Shown piece after piece: positions 25,404-35,754 of a stretch of 64,000 nt of DNA. The DNA comes from an uncultured Spirochaetota bacterium (GTDB taxonomy: Bacteria > Spirochaetota > UBA4802 > UBA5550). The notes beneath the pieces are model-generated. The model did not search any database and had not been told where the DNA came from. It saw nothing but the letters and a program-made list of their open reading frames with translations. The position numbers and the translations under genes are program-made. The stretch is from the NCBI GenBank assembly GCA_963827275.1, contig CAWHAA010000010.1:64001-128000 (forward strand), in the 5' to 3' direction. Every line of letters starts with the position of its first letter. Within the stretch, counting starts at the first letter, position 1.

Positions 25404-26102
25404 TCAGACGCGTTTTTCGCACATCCCGGAGAGGCAGCAGGCATCGCAGAGCGGCTTCTTCCTGCAATACTCCTTTCCGTGCGCGACGATCAGGGCGTGG
25501 TATTCCCTGTATGCATCAACCGTTCCCCTGAATGCTCCATGGAACATGCGCTGGATGTCGTGATACGATTCGCCTCCGCGGAGCACCCCCAGGCGGGTGA
25601 AGACCCGGCGGGTGTAGGCATCAACGACGAAAACCATGACATTCAATGCATAGAGGAGGATCGAATCGGCCGTCTCGGGCCCTATCCCGTTGACGGCGAG
25701 CAGCTCCTCGCGGAGGCGTGCGGGATCGGCGCGGCGCAGCCTGCGGACATCATACCCGTGGCCGCGGTACCAGGAGATGAAATTCTTGATCTTTTTCGCT
25801 TTCTGGTTGTAATACCCGGTCGGGCGTATGATCGCACCGAGCCTGTCGCCGCGTATCCGTGCGAGGGACAGCGGGTCAAGCAACCCGCGCCGCTTCAACC
25901 CGGCCAGGGCGCGCTCAACGTTTTTCCACGCGATGTTCTGGGTCAGAATCGCGCCGATCGCTATTTCGAAAAAGTCCGATGAATTTCGCGGGGCATGTAC
26001 GTGGTATTGGCTTTCGAGGGTCCGGGGATGGACAATGGGCCACCACCCCTGCGGCCCGTGGAACCGGAGGAGGCGGCGGTACGCCAGGGGTATGGTCTTC
26101 AT
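25404..26102 (-). CDS. HhH-GPD endonuclease III-related DNA glycosylase
   Basis: GPQGWWP, GAILTQN, GIGPETADSILLY, VVDAYTRR, Fe-S motif CRKKPLCDACCLSGMC. Confidence 0.9.
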   Translation of the reverse strand: MKTIPLAYRRLLRFHGPQGWWPIVHPRTLESQYHVHAPRNSSDFFEIAIGAILTQNIAWKNVERALAGLKRRGLLDPLSLARIRGDRLGAIIRPTGYYNQKAKKIKNFISWYRGHGYDVRRLRRADPARLREELLAVNGIGPETADSILLYALNVMVFVVDAYTRRVFTRLGVLRGGESYHDIQRMFHGAFRGTVDAYREYHALIVAHGKEYCRKKPLCDACCLSGMCEKRV

Positions 26103-26106
26103 GTAA

Positions 26107-26610
26107 TTACGATATCGGGATCCGCTTCGATTCCGACTGGTCAACCAGGACCACCCCGTCCTCCTTGTATTTCTTTAACAGGAAGTGCGAGACGGTGGAC
26201 TGGACGCCGTGGATCGTGGCGAGCTTCTCCGAGACGAACTGCGCGACTTCCCTGAGACTTTCGCCCTCGACCTGCACCAGGAGGTCATACCCTCCGGAGA
26301 GCAGATACACCGACGTGACTTCAGGGAAGCGGTATATGGATTCGGCGACCGAATCGAACCCGACCTTCCGCTCGGGTATCACCTTCACCTCGATGAGCGC
26401 CTTCACCGCGTGGAGACGGATCCTCTGCCAGTTGATGTCGGTATGGTAGCCGAGGATGATCCTGTCAGACTCGAATTTTTTTATATACTTTTTGACGCTT
26501 TCAACAGGGATGCCGACCTGCCGGGCGACGTCTTCGTGGCCGGCCTTGGCGTCCCCGGAGAGGATATCAAGTATTTTTTCGCCTGTCTCATCGACCTTGT
26601 ATGGCTTCAT
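26107..26610 (-). CDS. Lrp/AsnC family transcriptional regulator
   Basis: N-terminal HTH; SGGYDL...TVSHFLLKKYK C-terminal RAM domain. Confidence 0.9.
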   Translation of the reverse strand: MKPYKVDETGEKILDILSGDAKAGHEDVARQVGIPVESVKKYIKKFESDRIILGYHTDINWQRIRLHAVKALIEVKVIPERKVGFDSVAESIYRFPEVTSVYLLSGGYDLLVQVEGESLREVAQFVSEKLATIHGVQSTVSHFLLKKYKEDGVVLVDQSESKRIPIS

Positions 26611-26667
26611 GGCTCGGTCTCCTGGTCAACTAGCGTCATGGTGATACCATTCGGCAGATGGGCCCGA

Positions 26668-26877
26668 CTAGTCTTTCTTGGTGTCTTTGGACTCGTCTTT
26701 CTTTTCGTCGCTTTCGCCGGAAATCGACTTCTTGAATTCGCGGATCCCGCTTCCGAGGTCCTTTGCTATCTTCGGGAGCTTGTTTGCGCCAAAGACGATC
26801 AAAACAATCAGTAATATTAATGCCAGCTCCCAGGGCCCCACATTCGGCAGGATAGCCAGTTGTACACCTGTATTCAT
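26668..26877 (-). CDS. tatA: Twin-arginine translocase subunit TatA/E
   Basis: GPWEL, TM helix, FGANKLP...LGSGIREFKK; RBS GAGGAGG. Confidence 0.92.
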   Translation of the reverse strand: MNTGVQLAILPNVGPWELALILLIVLIVFGANKLPKIAKDLGSGIREFKKSISGESDEKKDESKDTKKD

Positions 26878-27019
26878 TGAGCACCTCCTCTCTCGTGCGG
26901 CATGCAGTATGTTGTTTACAAAAATTCAGGCTGAACAAACAGCCTTGACCCTTTTAATTTTCATGAAGGCGTTTGTCAAATTAAATTCGGAAGGTAACGG
27001 GTAAATCTTCGGTTTTGGC

Positions 27020-28744
27020 CTATACTGCGGGTGAAAACCGGATTATCTTCTCGTCCGGATCCTCATAGTATTTCACATTATCGATGAGGGTGTCGATCCG
27101 CTTGATGCTCTTCCTGATGCTGATGATCGTGCCGGGGTAGGCCTTGTTCTTGATAATTATGCAGGGCTCGCGCTCCAGCTTCAGCTTGTTCTGCACTTCC
27201 CTGCTCTGCTCCATGTATGTTTTCAGCTCCTTGTTGCTGCTGCTCAGCTCCTTCAGGAGGATAAGACAGTTCTTCTTCTTGAAATTCGGGAGCTTGGCGA
27301 TGAATTCCTTCGGATTATCGAACACCGCCTCACCGAAGTTCACCTTGAGCTTGCGCATCGTTTCATCGACGGTCTCACGCCATTTCGCTATCTCCTTGTG
27401 GATGTCGGCGAGCTCTTTTTCAATGAAAAGGTTTCTCCCGACGTTCAGCTGTGTCTCCGTCTCGTTGATCGATCCCGATACGTTCACGAGTATTTCGTAG
27501 AGGGCGGTTGATTTCCCGCCGATTATCTTCCCCTGCCGCGCCACCACGCTGATCTTCGAGTTCGAGAACACATCGCAATTGATGATGGAGTCATCGACGA
27601 TGATATCGCCGGCCGCTTCCACCTTGGCGTTGAGGAGGTACTTCGCCACAACATTGCCGCCCGCGGTCAGCTTCACGTTCTCCTTCCCGACGACGCCCAT
27701 CTTGACGGTGATGTCGCCGCCCGCCTCGATAAAGGCGTCGTCGACGTTTTTCTCTATGATGATGTCGCCGCGCGCCCTGACCGTGAAACCGGATACGACC
27801 GACCCGAGTATGTGGACGGACCCGTCGAAATCTATGTTGCCCGTATCGTAGTTCACGTCGCCGGTTATCACGGCGGTCGGGATCACCGATATCTTCTTGC
27901 CGTCAACGTCGATGCACCCGTCTATGGACGAAATAAATATGTCGTCGGCCCCGAGGCCCTGCTCGATGTTGACGCCCTTGTAGTAGCCCTCGATCGGCAG
28001 GATATCCGCGAACGTCTTGTCGCCGAAGATGTCGTACCCGTCGGCGGATTTTACCTTCGGCACCCGCCGGAGGACGTCCTGCCCCTTTTTCACCTCTATG
28101 ATGGAGCCGACTTCCTTGAAGTCGATGCTGCCGTCCGCTTTCAGCTCCCCGGCCTTTTTGCTCATGCTGATGAGCGGGAGATAATACTCTTCATGCCCGT
28201 TGACCGGCTCCCGTCCCTCCGCGACCAGTATCCTCACAAAACGCGGATTAGCCGGGTCAATCGCCCTGAGCTGTTCCTCGACCTTGGCCTGCTCGACCCG
28301 CGCCATTATCGCGTTCTTGTGCAGGGTCTCTTCTATGTCCGCATAGGCGGGGACCTTCCCCAGCTTTGTCGGATAGATCGAATAATACGCTTTAAGCTTG
28401 TCCCTGCTCACCGACAGCGCCGAAATCAGACGCAGTTTGTTATCATCTAAAATTACGAAGCCATACTCGGCGGCCTTGTACGCGTTCAGGGTCTCATCGT
28501 AGTAGATGCCCGAATCGGCCTTGAGCACCTTGAAGTCGAGGAGGTGGTAATACTCATACCCGGGATCCAGCCTCGTGGGGACCTGATCTTCATTATCGAT
28601 ATCGATTATGCGGGCGACTATTTCCGAGACGTAGACGAAATTGTGTGGCGACGCGAGCACGACTTTCTTTTCGCCGTCCTCGGTTACCTTCTCGACGAGC
28701 ATTCTTCGTACGGTCGGGTCAAAGTAGCAAATGATCTTTTTCAT
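27020..28744 (-). CDS. FapA / DUF342 family protein
   Basis: G-P-NG, IDFKE, GDVNYDTGNIDFDGSVHILGSV beta-solenoid, C-terminal coiled coil and AYPGT. Confidence 0.88.
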   Translation of the reverse strand: MKKIICYFDPTVRRMLVEKVTEDGEKKVVLASPHNFVYVSEIVARIIDIDNEDQVPTRLDPGYEYYHLLDFKVLKADSGIYYDETLNAYKAAEYGFVILDDNKLRLISALSVSRDKLKAYYSIYPTKLGKVPAYADIEETLHKNAIMARVEQAKVEEQLRAIDPANPRFVRILVAEGREPVNGHEEYYLPLISMSKKAGELKADGSIDFKEVGSIIEVKKGQDVLRRVPKVKSADGYDIFGDKTFADILPIEGYYKGVNIEQGLGADDIFISSIDGCIDVDGKKISVIPTAVITGDVNYDTGNIDFDGSVHILGSVVSGFTVRARGDIIIEKNVDDAFIEAGGDITVKMGVVGKENVKLTAGGNVVAKYLLNAKVEAAGDIIVDDSIINCDVFSNSKISVVARQGKIIGGKSTALYEILVNVSGSINETETQLNVGRNLFIEKELADIHKEIAKWRETVDETMRKLKVNFGEAVFDNPKEFIAKLPNFKKKNCLILLKELSSSNKELKTYMEQSREVQNKLKLEREPCIIIKNKAYPGTIISIRKSIKRIDTLIDNVKYYEDPDEKIIRFSPAV

Positions 28745-29069
28745 GCACGCTCTTTATCCTGGAATCATCCAGCAATTATATGCCTGTATATCAGGGTCAT
28801 ATATATATTACTATCTTAATTTTCGTAAAAATCATACCAAAAACTTGAGAACAGAATTATAATATATGGTTATTTATTTCGGGAAGAATGTTACACCGGC
28901 GGTTGTGAAAAGCCGGGGCCTTGATTGAGGGCAGACGCACGGTTTTTTTACTTACTCTTGAGTAAAATATGGATAAAACACGCCGGCAAGTACATATATT
29001 TCCGGGGTTATCGGCGCGCTGTTTCGCCATCCCTGGACCTGCGGGACGGCGAAACAACGGCGGCAGGGA

Positions 29070-30086
29070 CTATTTCAGCATCCCCTTCTTGATGAGCAGC
29101 TCGGCTATCTGGATAGCGTTCAGGGCCGCGCCTTTACGGATATTGTCGGAGACGATCCACATGTTTATGCCATTGGGGATCGATTCATCCTCGCGGATGC
29201 GTCCGACAAAGACGTCATCCTTCCCCGCGGCGTTGATCGCCAGCGGATACTCGCTTTTAGAAGGGTTATCGATCACGGTCACGCCGGGCGCCTTTGAGAG
29301 GAGCTCGCGCACCTCGGCGGGGGAGATCTTCTTTTCAGTCTCTATGTTCACGCATTCCGAATGGCCGTACAGCACCGGCACCCTCACCGTGGTGGCGGTG
29401 ACCTGTATCGAGTTGTCGCCGGTGATCTTTTTTGTCTCGTTGACCATCTTCATCTCTTCCTTGGTATAGCCGTTTTCAAGGAAAACATCTATCTGGGGAA
29501 GCGCGTTGAAAGCGATCTGGTGCGGATAGACCTTCCGCTGTGAAATCGGCTTTCCGTTGACAATGTCTTTTGTCTGGACAAGGCATTCCTCTATCGCCTT
29601 GAGGCCGGTGCCCGATACCGCCTGGTAGGTGCTGACGACAATCCGCTTGATGCGCGCCGCGTCATGGATCGGCTTGAGCGCCACGACCATCTGTATGGTC
29701 GAGCAGTTCGGGTTGGCGATGATCCCCTTGTGCCAGTCCACGTCGTCCGGGTTAACTTCCGGCACGACGAGGGGAACTTCCGGGTCCATGCGCCACGCAG
29801 AGCTGTTGTCCACGACCACGCACCCCTCGGCCGCGGCGCGCTTCGCCACCTTCCTGCTGATGTCGCCGCCCGCGGAGAACAGGCCGATATCGTAGCCCTT
29901 GAAGCAGCCGTCCTCGACCGCTTCCGACATGACCTTGCGGCCGCCGAAATCGTATTCTTTACCCACGGTGGTTAGACCGAGGAACTTTATCTTGTCAATG
30001 GGGAATTGCCGCTGGAGCAATATCTTCCTGAATTCGATCCCGACAGCGCCGGTTGCGCCCAGGATCACGACATTGTATTTTCTCAT
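29070..30086 (-). CDS. asd: Aspartate-semialdehyde dehydrogenase
   Basis: GATGAVG, DNSSAWRM, NPNCSTIQM, DNIRKGAALNA. Confidence 0.96.
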   Translation of the reverse strand: MRKYNVVILGATGAVGIEFRKILLQRQFPIDKIKFLGLTTVGKEYDFGGRKVMSEAVEDGCFKGYDIGLFSAGGDISRKVAKRAAAEGCVVVDNSSAWRMDPEVPLVVPEVNPDDVDWHKGIIANPNCSTIQMVVALKPIHDAARIKRIVVSTYQAVSGTGLKAIEECLVQTKDIVNGKPISQRKVYPHQIAFNALPQIDVFLENGYTKEEMKMVNETKKITGDNSIQVTATTVRVPVLYGHSECVNIETEKKISPAEVRELLSKAPGVTVIDNPSKSEYPLAINAAGKDDVFVGRIREDESIPNGINMWIVSDNIRKGAALNAIQIAELLIKKGMLK

Positions 30087-30210
30087 CTTCAACCTCCTCA
30101 TGGTGCGTCAGGGGAAGCCCGTCGGGTTCCCCGGCGCCTGGCGGCGTGCCCGCGCAGCATTTAGGGTATGATTAGTTGGAGGGGTCTATTGTCAACAATA
30201 AATAGGGGAT

Positions 30211-30507
30211 TTATACGACAATTCTGCGCTTTTCCTCGTTGTCAGCGGGCCTGAACACAACCGCGACATTCCCGATAATCTGCACGAGCGCGGCGTCGGT
30301 CCGTGACACGACTTCTTCAACCAGTGAGCGTTTCTCATCCTTGAAATCGATAAACTTTATCTTTATCAGCTCGTGGTCGGCAAGGGCCCGGGCCGCCGCC
30401 TGGATAAGGCTGTCGGTAATGCCCTGCTTGCCGATATAGACCACCGGCTCGAGGTGGTGCGCCAGTGATTTCAGCCTGCGTATCTGTTTCCCGGTCAGTG
30501 GATCCAT
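30211..30507 (-). CDS. yhbY: YhbY/CRM RNA-binding protein
   Basis: LTGKQ...LAHHLEPVVYIGKQG...HELIKIK...QIIG. Confidence 0.92.
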   Translation of the reverse strand: MDPLTGKQIRRLKSLAHHLEPVVYIGKQGITDSLIQAAARALADHELIKIKFIDFKDEKRSLVEEVVSRTDAALVQIIGNVAVVFRPADNEEKRRIVV

Positions 30508-30615
30508 GCGATATCCTTCATCCTCACAATGATATATGGCTCAGGGAAATCCGGGCCGTCGATCTGGCAAGCAGTAGTTACCCCGGTACGCCTGTTCGGG
30601 GTATCGCCGGAAGGT

Positions 30616-31059
30616 CTATGGGACGAGGCCATAAACGTCAAGATTAATATCCAGGACCATGAACTCAACATCAGGAAGCACGACAGGTGACAGGATACTG
30701 GCGACATTCGTCCGGTCAACCTGTTTGTACCAGCCCTGGTACCAGTCTCCCGAATCAATCCCGTTGCCGTCCACATCGTATATCACTTCAAAGTAGAAGG
30801 GAAACGACCCGAGGCTGAAGGGCGGAATTATTATCTGCTTCTGCGAAGAGCTGAGCGTGAACCACGGTTCAGCCCACGGCGACACCGGGTTGACATGGAA
30901 CACGGCGTAGAGCTGGTTTGTCTCATTTACCGGCTGTGTGATCGTGACATCAAGTATCAGCATCGGGTCCCTGTTTTCCTTGGTGTCACAGGCGGACGCC
31001 CCGGCCAGGAGCAGGAGGAGAAGCGCTGCGACCCGGACCCGTATTGTTGCCCTGTTCAT
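30616..31059 (-). CDS. Hypothetical lipoprotein
   Basis: Lipobox ASAC; DVDGNGIDSGD motif; RBS GAGG. Confidence 0.7.
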   Translation of the reverse strand: MNRATIRVRVAALLLLLLAGASACDTKENRDPMLILDVTITQPVNETNQLYAVFHVNPVSPWAEPWFTLSSSQKQIIIPPFSLGSFPFYFEVIYDVDGNGIDSGDWYQGWYKQVDRTNVASILSPVVLPDVEFMVLDINLDVYGLVP

Positions 31060-31074
31060 GGTCATACCTGCCTC

Positions 31075-31536
31075 TTAATTTCCATACTGGTCCGCGAAGA
31101 CCAGACTGATGGCTATCGTCATCCATTCAAGCGGCAGAAACGTCAGGGTTGAGAGTTCATCAGCTGTCGCGTCCGTTGGATGCTTGGCGTTTTTATATCC
31201 GGTGCAAGGGTCCCCGGTATCAAGGACGCCATTGCCGTTGGCGTCATAATAGGCGGCGAGGTGCGTGGAGAAGGTCCCGACGACCGGGTTGATCAGTGTG
31301 GTGCCGGGTGCTCCATGCGTGAGCCAGGGATTTGTCCAGTCCGAATCAACGTAATACACGAGGTAAATCTGGTGCGTGTCGTCGATTGTGAACAGGGCCG
31401 GGTTATCGAGCTCAATATTAACGAAAAGCACCGGCGACTGGTCATCAAGGTCGCCGGTCACCTGCGAGCATCCGGCGACGAGCGAAAGCAGGATGGTCGC
31501 GGTTAAAAAAAATGAAAGTGTTTTACACCGGTACAT
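31075..31536 (-). CDS. Hypothetical lipoprotein, paralog of the neighbouring gene
   Basis: Lipobox VAGC; DANGNGVLDTGD motif. Confidence 0.7.
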   Translation of the reverse strand: MYRCKTLSFFLTATILLSLVAGCSQVTGDLDDQSPVLFVNIELDNPALFTIDDTHQIYLVYYVDSDWTNPWLTHGAPGTTLINPVVGTFSTHLAAYYDANGNGVLDTGDPCTGYKNAKHPTDATADELSTLTFLPLEWMTIAISLVFADQYGN

Positions 31537-31764
31537 TAACGGTCCTTATACTTCGATTTGTTATATATATTATCTTGCTATTTCTATTACAAATTAACAC
31601 TAAAACGTCATTTTGTCAAAAAAAATCGTCTCTCTTGCCCATCCCGGGGAACAAGGACCGGACCCCCTGCCTGAATAAATACTTCTTGCGATTCGACGCG
31701 TCATGCCGGTAATTAATTCTCAATTATATACAATCGGATAAAAACAATGCCAGATGGAAAAAAC

Positions 31765-32715
31765 ATGAGAAGATCATACCTGCTGATTACGATTGTCGCT
31801 TCACTCTTGATACACGGTACGGACGCGGGGGCCGCCGCTGAAAAGACCGGGTCCTGGGCGTATCTGTATCACGGCGCACGCCTGTCAGCAGAAGACCTCG
31901 CCCGTTCCGTCCCGCGCTTCGACGTGATCTGCGTGAGCGGCTTCATCCTTGATCAATCAGGGGAATTACAGATCAGATCCAAACGGACCATGGAGGAGGT
32001 GCTGAAGATTGCCGCCGGTCACCGCGTCACCTGCTACCCGATGGTCACCTTCACTTCAGCGGCGCAGGGGCGCAGGATACTCGCCTCCCCTCGTTTGATC
32101 AAGGCTTCGGTGGCAACTATCACCGCCATGGCGCGGCGCGGGGGATATCCCGGCGTGCATCTCGATTTCGAGTACCTGCCCCCGGAAGACGCGCCGAAGC
32201 TGGCGGAATTTCTCTCCGCGTTCCGGGCTTCTTTTAAGGGAAAAATCACCATGGCCGTCTTCCCCCCGATCGAGTTCCCTGAAAAATGGAACCGCTTCCA
32301 CGACCTCACGCTCATAGCGCCGCATGTCGATGAGATCGTCATCATGTGCTACGACCTTCATGGCGCCCACACCGGCCCCGGCCCGGTCACCGATGCCGGG
32401 TGGGCGGAAAGGAACATCCGTTTCGCCCTCCGGCACATGGCGAAAGGCCGCGTGTGGCTGGGAATACCCGCATACGGATACCGCTGGTGCGGCGGAAAGG
32501 CCCGGGCGATCTCCGCAAGGGAGGGGATGAAGATAGCTGAGAATCAAACATACACGAGGGACCCTTCAGGTACGGTGCATTTTACCACGTCAGCCTCCGG
32601 AAGGCGCTGCGAGGCGTACCTGTCGGACCGGAAGACCCGCTCGATATTAAAGCAGCTTGCTACCCGCTATGGCCTCGCCGGTACCGCGATCTGGCGCCTC
32701 GGCTTTGAGGATTAA
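31765..32715 (+). CDS. Glycoside hydrolase family 18 protein (secreted)
   Basis: Signal peptide, GVHLDFEY, MCYDLH, LGIPAYGY, AIWRLG. Confidence 0.85.
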   Translation: MRRSYLLITIVASLLIHGTDAGAAAEKTGSWAYLYHGARLSAEDLARSVPRFDVICVSGFILDQSGELQIRSKRTMEEVLKIAAGHRVTCYPMVTFTSAAQGRRILASPRLIKASVATITAMARRGGYPGVHLDFEYLPPEDAPKLAEFLSAFRASFKGKITMAVFPPIEFPEKWNRFHDLTLIAPHVDEIVIMCYDLHGAHTGPGPVTDAGWAERNIRFALRHMAKGRVWLGIPAYGYRWCGGKARAISAREGMKIAENQTYTRDPSGTVHFTTSASGRRCEAYLSDRKTRSILKQLATRYGLAGTAIWRLGFED

Positions 32716-32759
32716 TTAATTTGAACTAACATTTTTTTCATAATATATATAAAAATTAA

Positions 32760-32786
32760 TTAATAAATTCTGCCTAAAACCGATAA
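32760..32786 (+). promoter_or_regulatory. Putative sigma28 (FliA)-type promoter
   Basis: TTAA-15 bp-ACCGATAA versus consensus TAAA-N15-GCCGATAA, 40 bp before the ATG at 32827. Confidence 0.5.
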
Positions 32787-32826
32787 TAAAAATGAGACAT
32801 AAACATAAACTTCTTGAGGGGCAGAC

Positions 32827-33051
32827 ATGGCACACAGAAAAACCAAGAAAAAAAATTTCAGGCAAATGCTGACGAAGTATCTGGATATCAAGGGGTTGGA
32901 TATTATCATTGTTCTCGAAGACGGGAAAGAGATCGAACTGTACAAGAACAGGTCAATAGTGGGCGACATGATCGTCACCTTCGATATTGACAATGGGGAA
33001 AAGAAAATCCCGCTTAAAAACGTCAGGCACGTTGACATGTACGCCGCGTGA
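32827..33051 (+). CDS. Small hypothetical protein (74 aa)
   Basis: RBS GAGGGG, protein-like composition, beta-rich Sm/SH3-like pattern. Confidence 0.7.
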   Translation: MAHRKTKKKNFRQMLTKYLDIKGLDIIIVLEDGKEIELYKNRSIVGDMIVTFDIDNGEKKIPLKNVRHVDMYAA

Positions 33052-33109
33052 CATCCGGCGATGAACTCATACGACATCCGGCCCTGTAGCAGCAGGGCCG
33101 GATGCTTAT

Positions 33110-35053
33110 TCACACCTTTTGCACCCCCGGCAGATCGACAAAATCAAGATTCAATTTTTTCAATGTTTTCTTCTTCGGCACGCCGTTTTTGTCCCACCCT
33201 CGTAACCGGTAGTATTTCGGGAGCATTTTATCAAGACGCACCACGGATTTTTTATTGTTCGGCAGCAGCGGCTCATCGGTAAACCGCTTTGCCAGCGTAT
33301 CGTGCTCCCGGTTGATCCCCTCGCGCAGGTTAAAGAGCCTCTCCATGTTGTATCCCCTGTCGCCGATCCGGGCCCAGGTGCCGAAATCCATATGCATGCC
33401 GGTTGCCTCCTTCAACGCCTTTGAATGAGGGAGCAGGAACGGGAAGTGCACCCTGAGAAGCCAGGGGGGCAACTTTAATGTCAGGGCGAAGATCCAGCCG
33501 ATGTTGCCGAACAGGAAATTCACGAGTTTAGACAGCAGCGGTTTGCCGGGGAGCTTGAACGCGGGCCCCGGTACAAAGGTCCACCCGGTGAAGAGGCAGT
33601 TCCCGCCGGCGCTGATGACCGCCATGAGGTTCTGGCTCAAAATCGTCCAGGGGGGCTTCCCCCGGTACTTGTGCTGGTTCATGGTGACCGGCCCGGTCAC
33701 CTCGGTATAGACCTCGTACCCGGCGTCGAGGTGGCACGCGCCCCGTGACGAGGTCGCGTAACCCAGCGCCTGCGCGACCGTGCCCCGCGGCTCGTAGGCG
33801 GGGATCTCCAGCCCCTTGACATGCGGCGCGAAGTCCTCGCCGCCGTATTTTTTCGAGAGGAACCTGACGCCTTCGGCGAGGTCGTTGCCGATCCCGGTGC
33901 GGTCCGCGATGGCCCTGATCGCTTTTGAAAATGCTTTTTTATCACCCCAGGCAAGCCCGTTCTTCCAGAGGCCCTTTTCATTGAGCTCGGCGGCAAATCC
34001 CAGGATCGTACCGGTGCTGATGGTGTCCATGCCGAGGAGGTCTATCTCGTAGTTCCAGTGTATGATGGCCTCGAGGTCGTCTATGAGGAGGTTGGACCCC
34101 ATGAGGGCGAGGATCTCATATTCAGGGCCCTTCACTTCATGGCCGTTGATTTCGACGACCCTGCCGCAGCGTATGGGACACGATATGCAGCCGAAGTTTT
34201 TTACCAGATATTTTTCGGCCAGATGCTCGCCGCTAATATTGTATGCCTTATCATAAGTGCCCGTTGAAAAATTTTTTGTGGGAAGCGTGTTCCGCACCGA
34301 GAGGGGGATGAGAGAAAACGCGGTCCCCAGCCGGGGCGCGATGTCGCCCGTGGCCGGGTGCTTCTGGAGCATCTTGATCCACTTTTTGATCGTGGCCTTG
34401 AAATGCTCCGGGTCATGGATGGGGACGCTCTTCGTCCCGCGGGCCACCATCCCCTTCAAATTTTTCGATCCCATGACCGCGCCCATGCCGGTCCTGCCAT
34501 GACAGCGCTCCTGCGACACCACCGCCGCGAATTTCACCAGGTGTTCACCGGCCGGCCCGATCGCCATTGACCCGCCCTTCTTGTCATCGCCGAGCATCGC
34601 CTTCTGCGATTCCTGGGTGTCCATGCCCCAGATGTTTGCGGCGCTTTTTATTGATACCGTATCGTCCCGGATATCGATGTATACCGGCTTCTCTGCCCTT
34701 CCCCTGACTACCATCCCGTCCCATCCGGCACGTTTCAGGTTCATGCCGAAATTCCCGCCGCTGTTGGAATGACCGATCGCGCCGGTCTGGGGGCTTTTTG
34801 CCGATATGTCATACCTGCTGGTGCAGGGGCCGCCGCTGCCGGTGAGCGGCGATGTCATGACCACCAGTATATTGTCGGGGGAAAGGGGGTCCACTCCCGG
34901 CTTCAGCGCGTCCCAGAGTATCTTTGTGCTCAGGTAGCGGCCGCCAAGGAACAATTCACGGTCGGCATCGCTCACCGGGTACTCGCCCACCTGCCCCGTG
35001 GTAAGATCGATGTCCAGCATTGCGCCCATGTAGCCCTTGTATCTGCTTGTCAT
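33110..35053 (-). CDS. Aldehyde:ferredoxin oxidoreductase (W/Mo-pterin AOR family)
   Basis: SNSGG, GRTGMGAVMGSKNLK, CISCPIRCG, GPEYE, GMDTIS, RGACHL, YYRLRGWD. Confidence 0.92.
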   Translation of the reverse strand: MTSRYKGYMGAMLDIDLTTGQVGEYPVSDADRELFLGGRYLSTKILWDALKPGVDPLSPDNILVVMTSPLTGSGGPCTSRYDISAKSPQTGAIGHSNSGGNFGMNLKRAGWDGMVVRGRAEKPVYIDIRDDTVSIKSAANIWGMDTQESQKAMLGDDKKGGSMAIGPAGEHLVKFAAVVSQERCHGRTGMGAVMGSKNLKGMVARGTKSVPIHDPEHFKATIKKWIKMLQKHPATGDIAPRLGTAFSLIPLSVRNTLPTKNFSTGTYDKAYNISGEHLAEKYLVKNFGCISCPIRCGRVVEINGHEVKGPEYEILALMGSNLLIDDLEAIIHWNYEIDLLGMDTISTGTILGFAAELNEKGLWKNGLAWGDKKAFSKAIRAIADRTGIGNDLAEGVRFLSKKYGGEDFAPHVKGLEIPAYEPRGTVAQALGYATSSRGACHLDAGYEVYTEVTGPVTMNQHKYRGKPPWTILSQNLMAVISAGGNCLFTGWTFVPGPAFKLPGKPLLSKLVNFLFGNIGWIFALTLKLPPWLLRVHFPFLLPHSKALKEATGMHMDFGTWARIGDRGYNMERLFNLREGINREHDTLAKRFTDEPLLPNNKKSVVRLDKMLPKYYRLRGWDKNGVPKKKTLKKLNLDFVDLPGVQKV

Positions 35054-35090
35054 AGCCCGCCTCACTTCCGGCATATTGTCATAATGAAAA

Positions 35091-35567
35091 TCAGCGTTCG
35101 CCGCCACCGGGAGGGCGATCAGCCTCAACCCCGAGTATGGCGCCGAGATGTTTCACCAGGTCGACGATGACGCCGGCCTGTTCCTCGTCATAACCTTTCA
35201 GACCGGACATCGTCATCTCTACGATATACGACTCGATGTTCCCGAGCATCACTTCGCCGTCAGGGGTCATGCGTATGTAGATATTTCTCCGGTCCCTGCT
35301 GTCCCGTTTTTTCTCAATGAGCCCGATTGTTTCCATGTGGCGGATCAGGCGTGTCGCGGCAAACACGGGGATGCGCAATTCGCCCGCTATGTCGCTCACG
35401 CGAAACGGCGATTTCCGCTTCAGGAATTTCAACAGGTATATCTGCTGGTAATCGAGCTTAAACCGCTCAATGCAGTCTCTTTCATAATAGTATATCGAGC
35501 GCAGGGCATAAAAGAGAAGGTCCTCTGCCTGTGCTCGCGGCATATGCCTGATGGGCGACATCCTCAT
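35091..35567 (-). CDS. MarR family transcriptional regulator
   Basis: ATRLI...GLIEKKRDSRDRR...MTPDG winged helix; start uncertain. Confidence 0.85.
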   Translation of the reverse strand: MRMSPIRHMPRAQAEDLLFYALRSIYYYERDCIERFKLDYQQIYLLKFLKRKSPFRVSDIAGELRIPVFAATRLIRHMETIGLIEKKRDSRDRRNIYIRMTPDGEVMLGNIESYIVEMTMSGLKGYDEEQAGVIVDLVKHLGAILGVEADRPPGGGER

Positions 35568-35588
35568 GTGTATAGCCTGACATATTAG

Positions 35589-35601
35589 TTGCATTTTGCA
35601 A
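35589..35601. promoter_or_regulatory. Candidate MarR operator
   Basis: TTGCA-TTT-TGCAA inverted repeat immediately upstream of marR-aor. Confidence 0.35.
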
Positions 35602-35754
35602 GCATTTTTATTACATAATTCAAATAATTAATTTCCTGAAAATGCGGCGGCCGCCCCCGGCGGATGAGAACGGAAGACGCTTTCAGCGCGGAATCTTTTG
35701 GACCAGTACAAAAACTTTCCTTTACAAATAAATATTATGCGCCATGATACGCGG

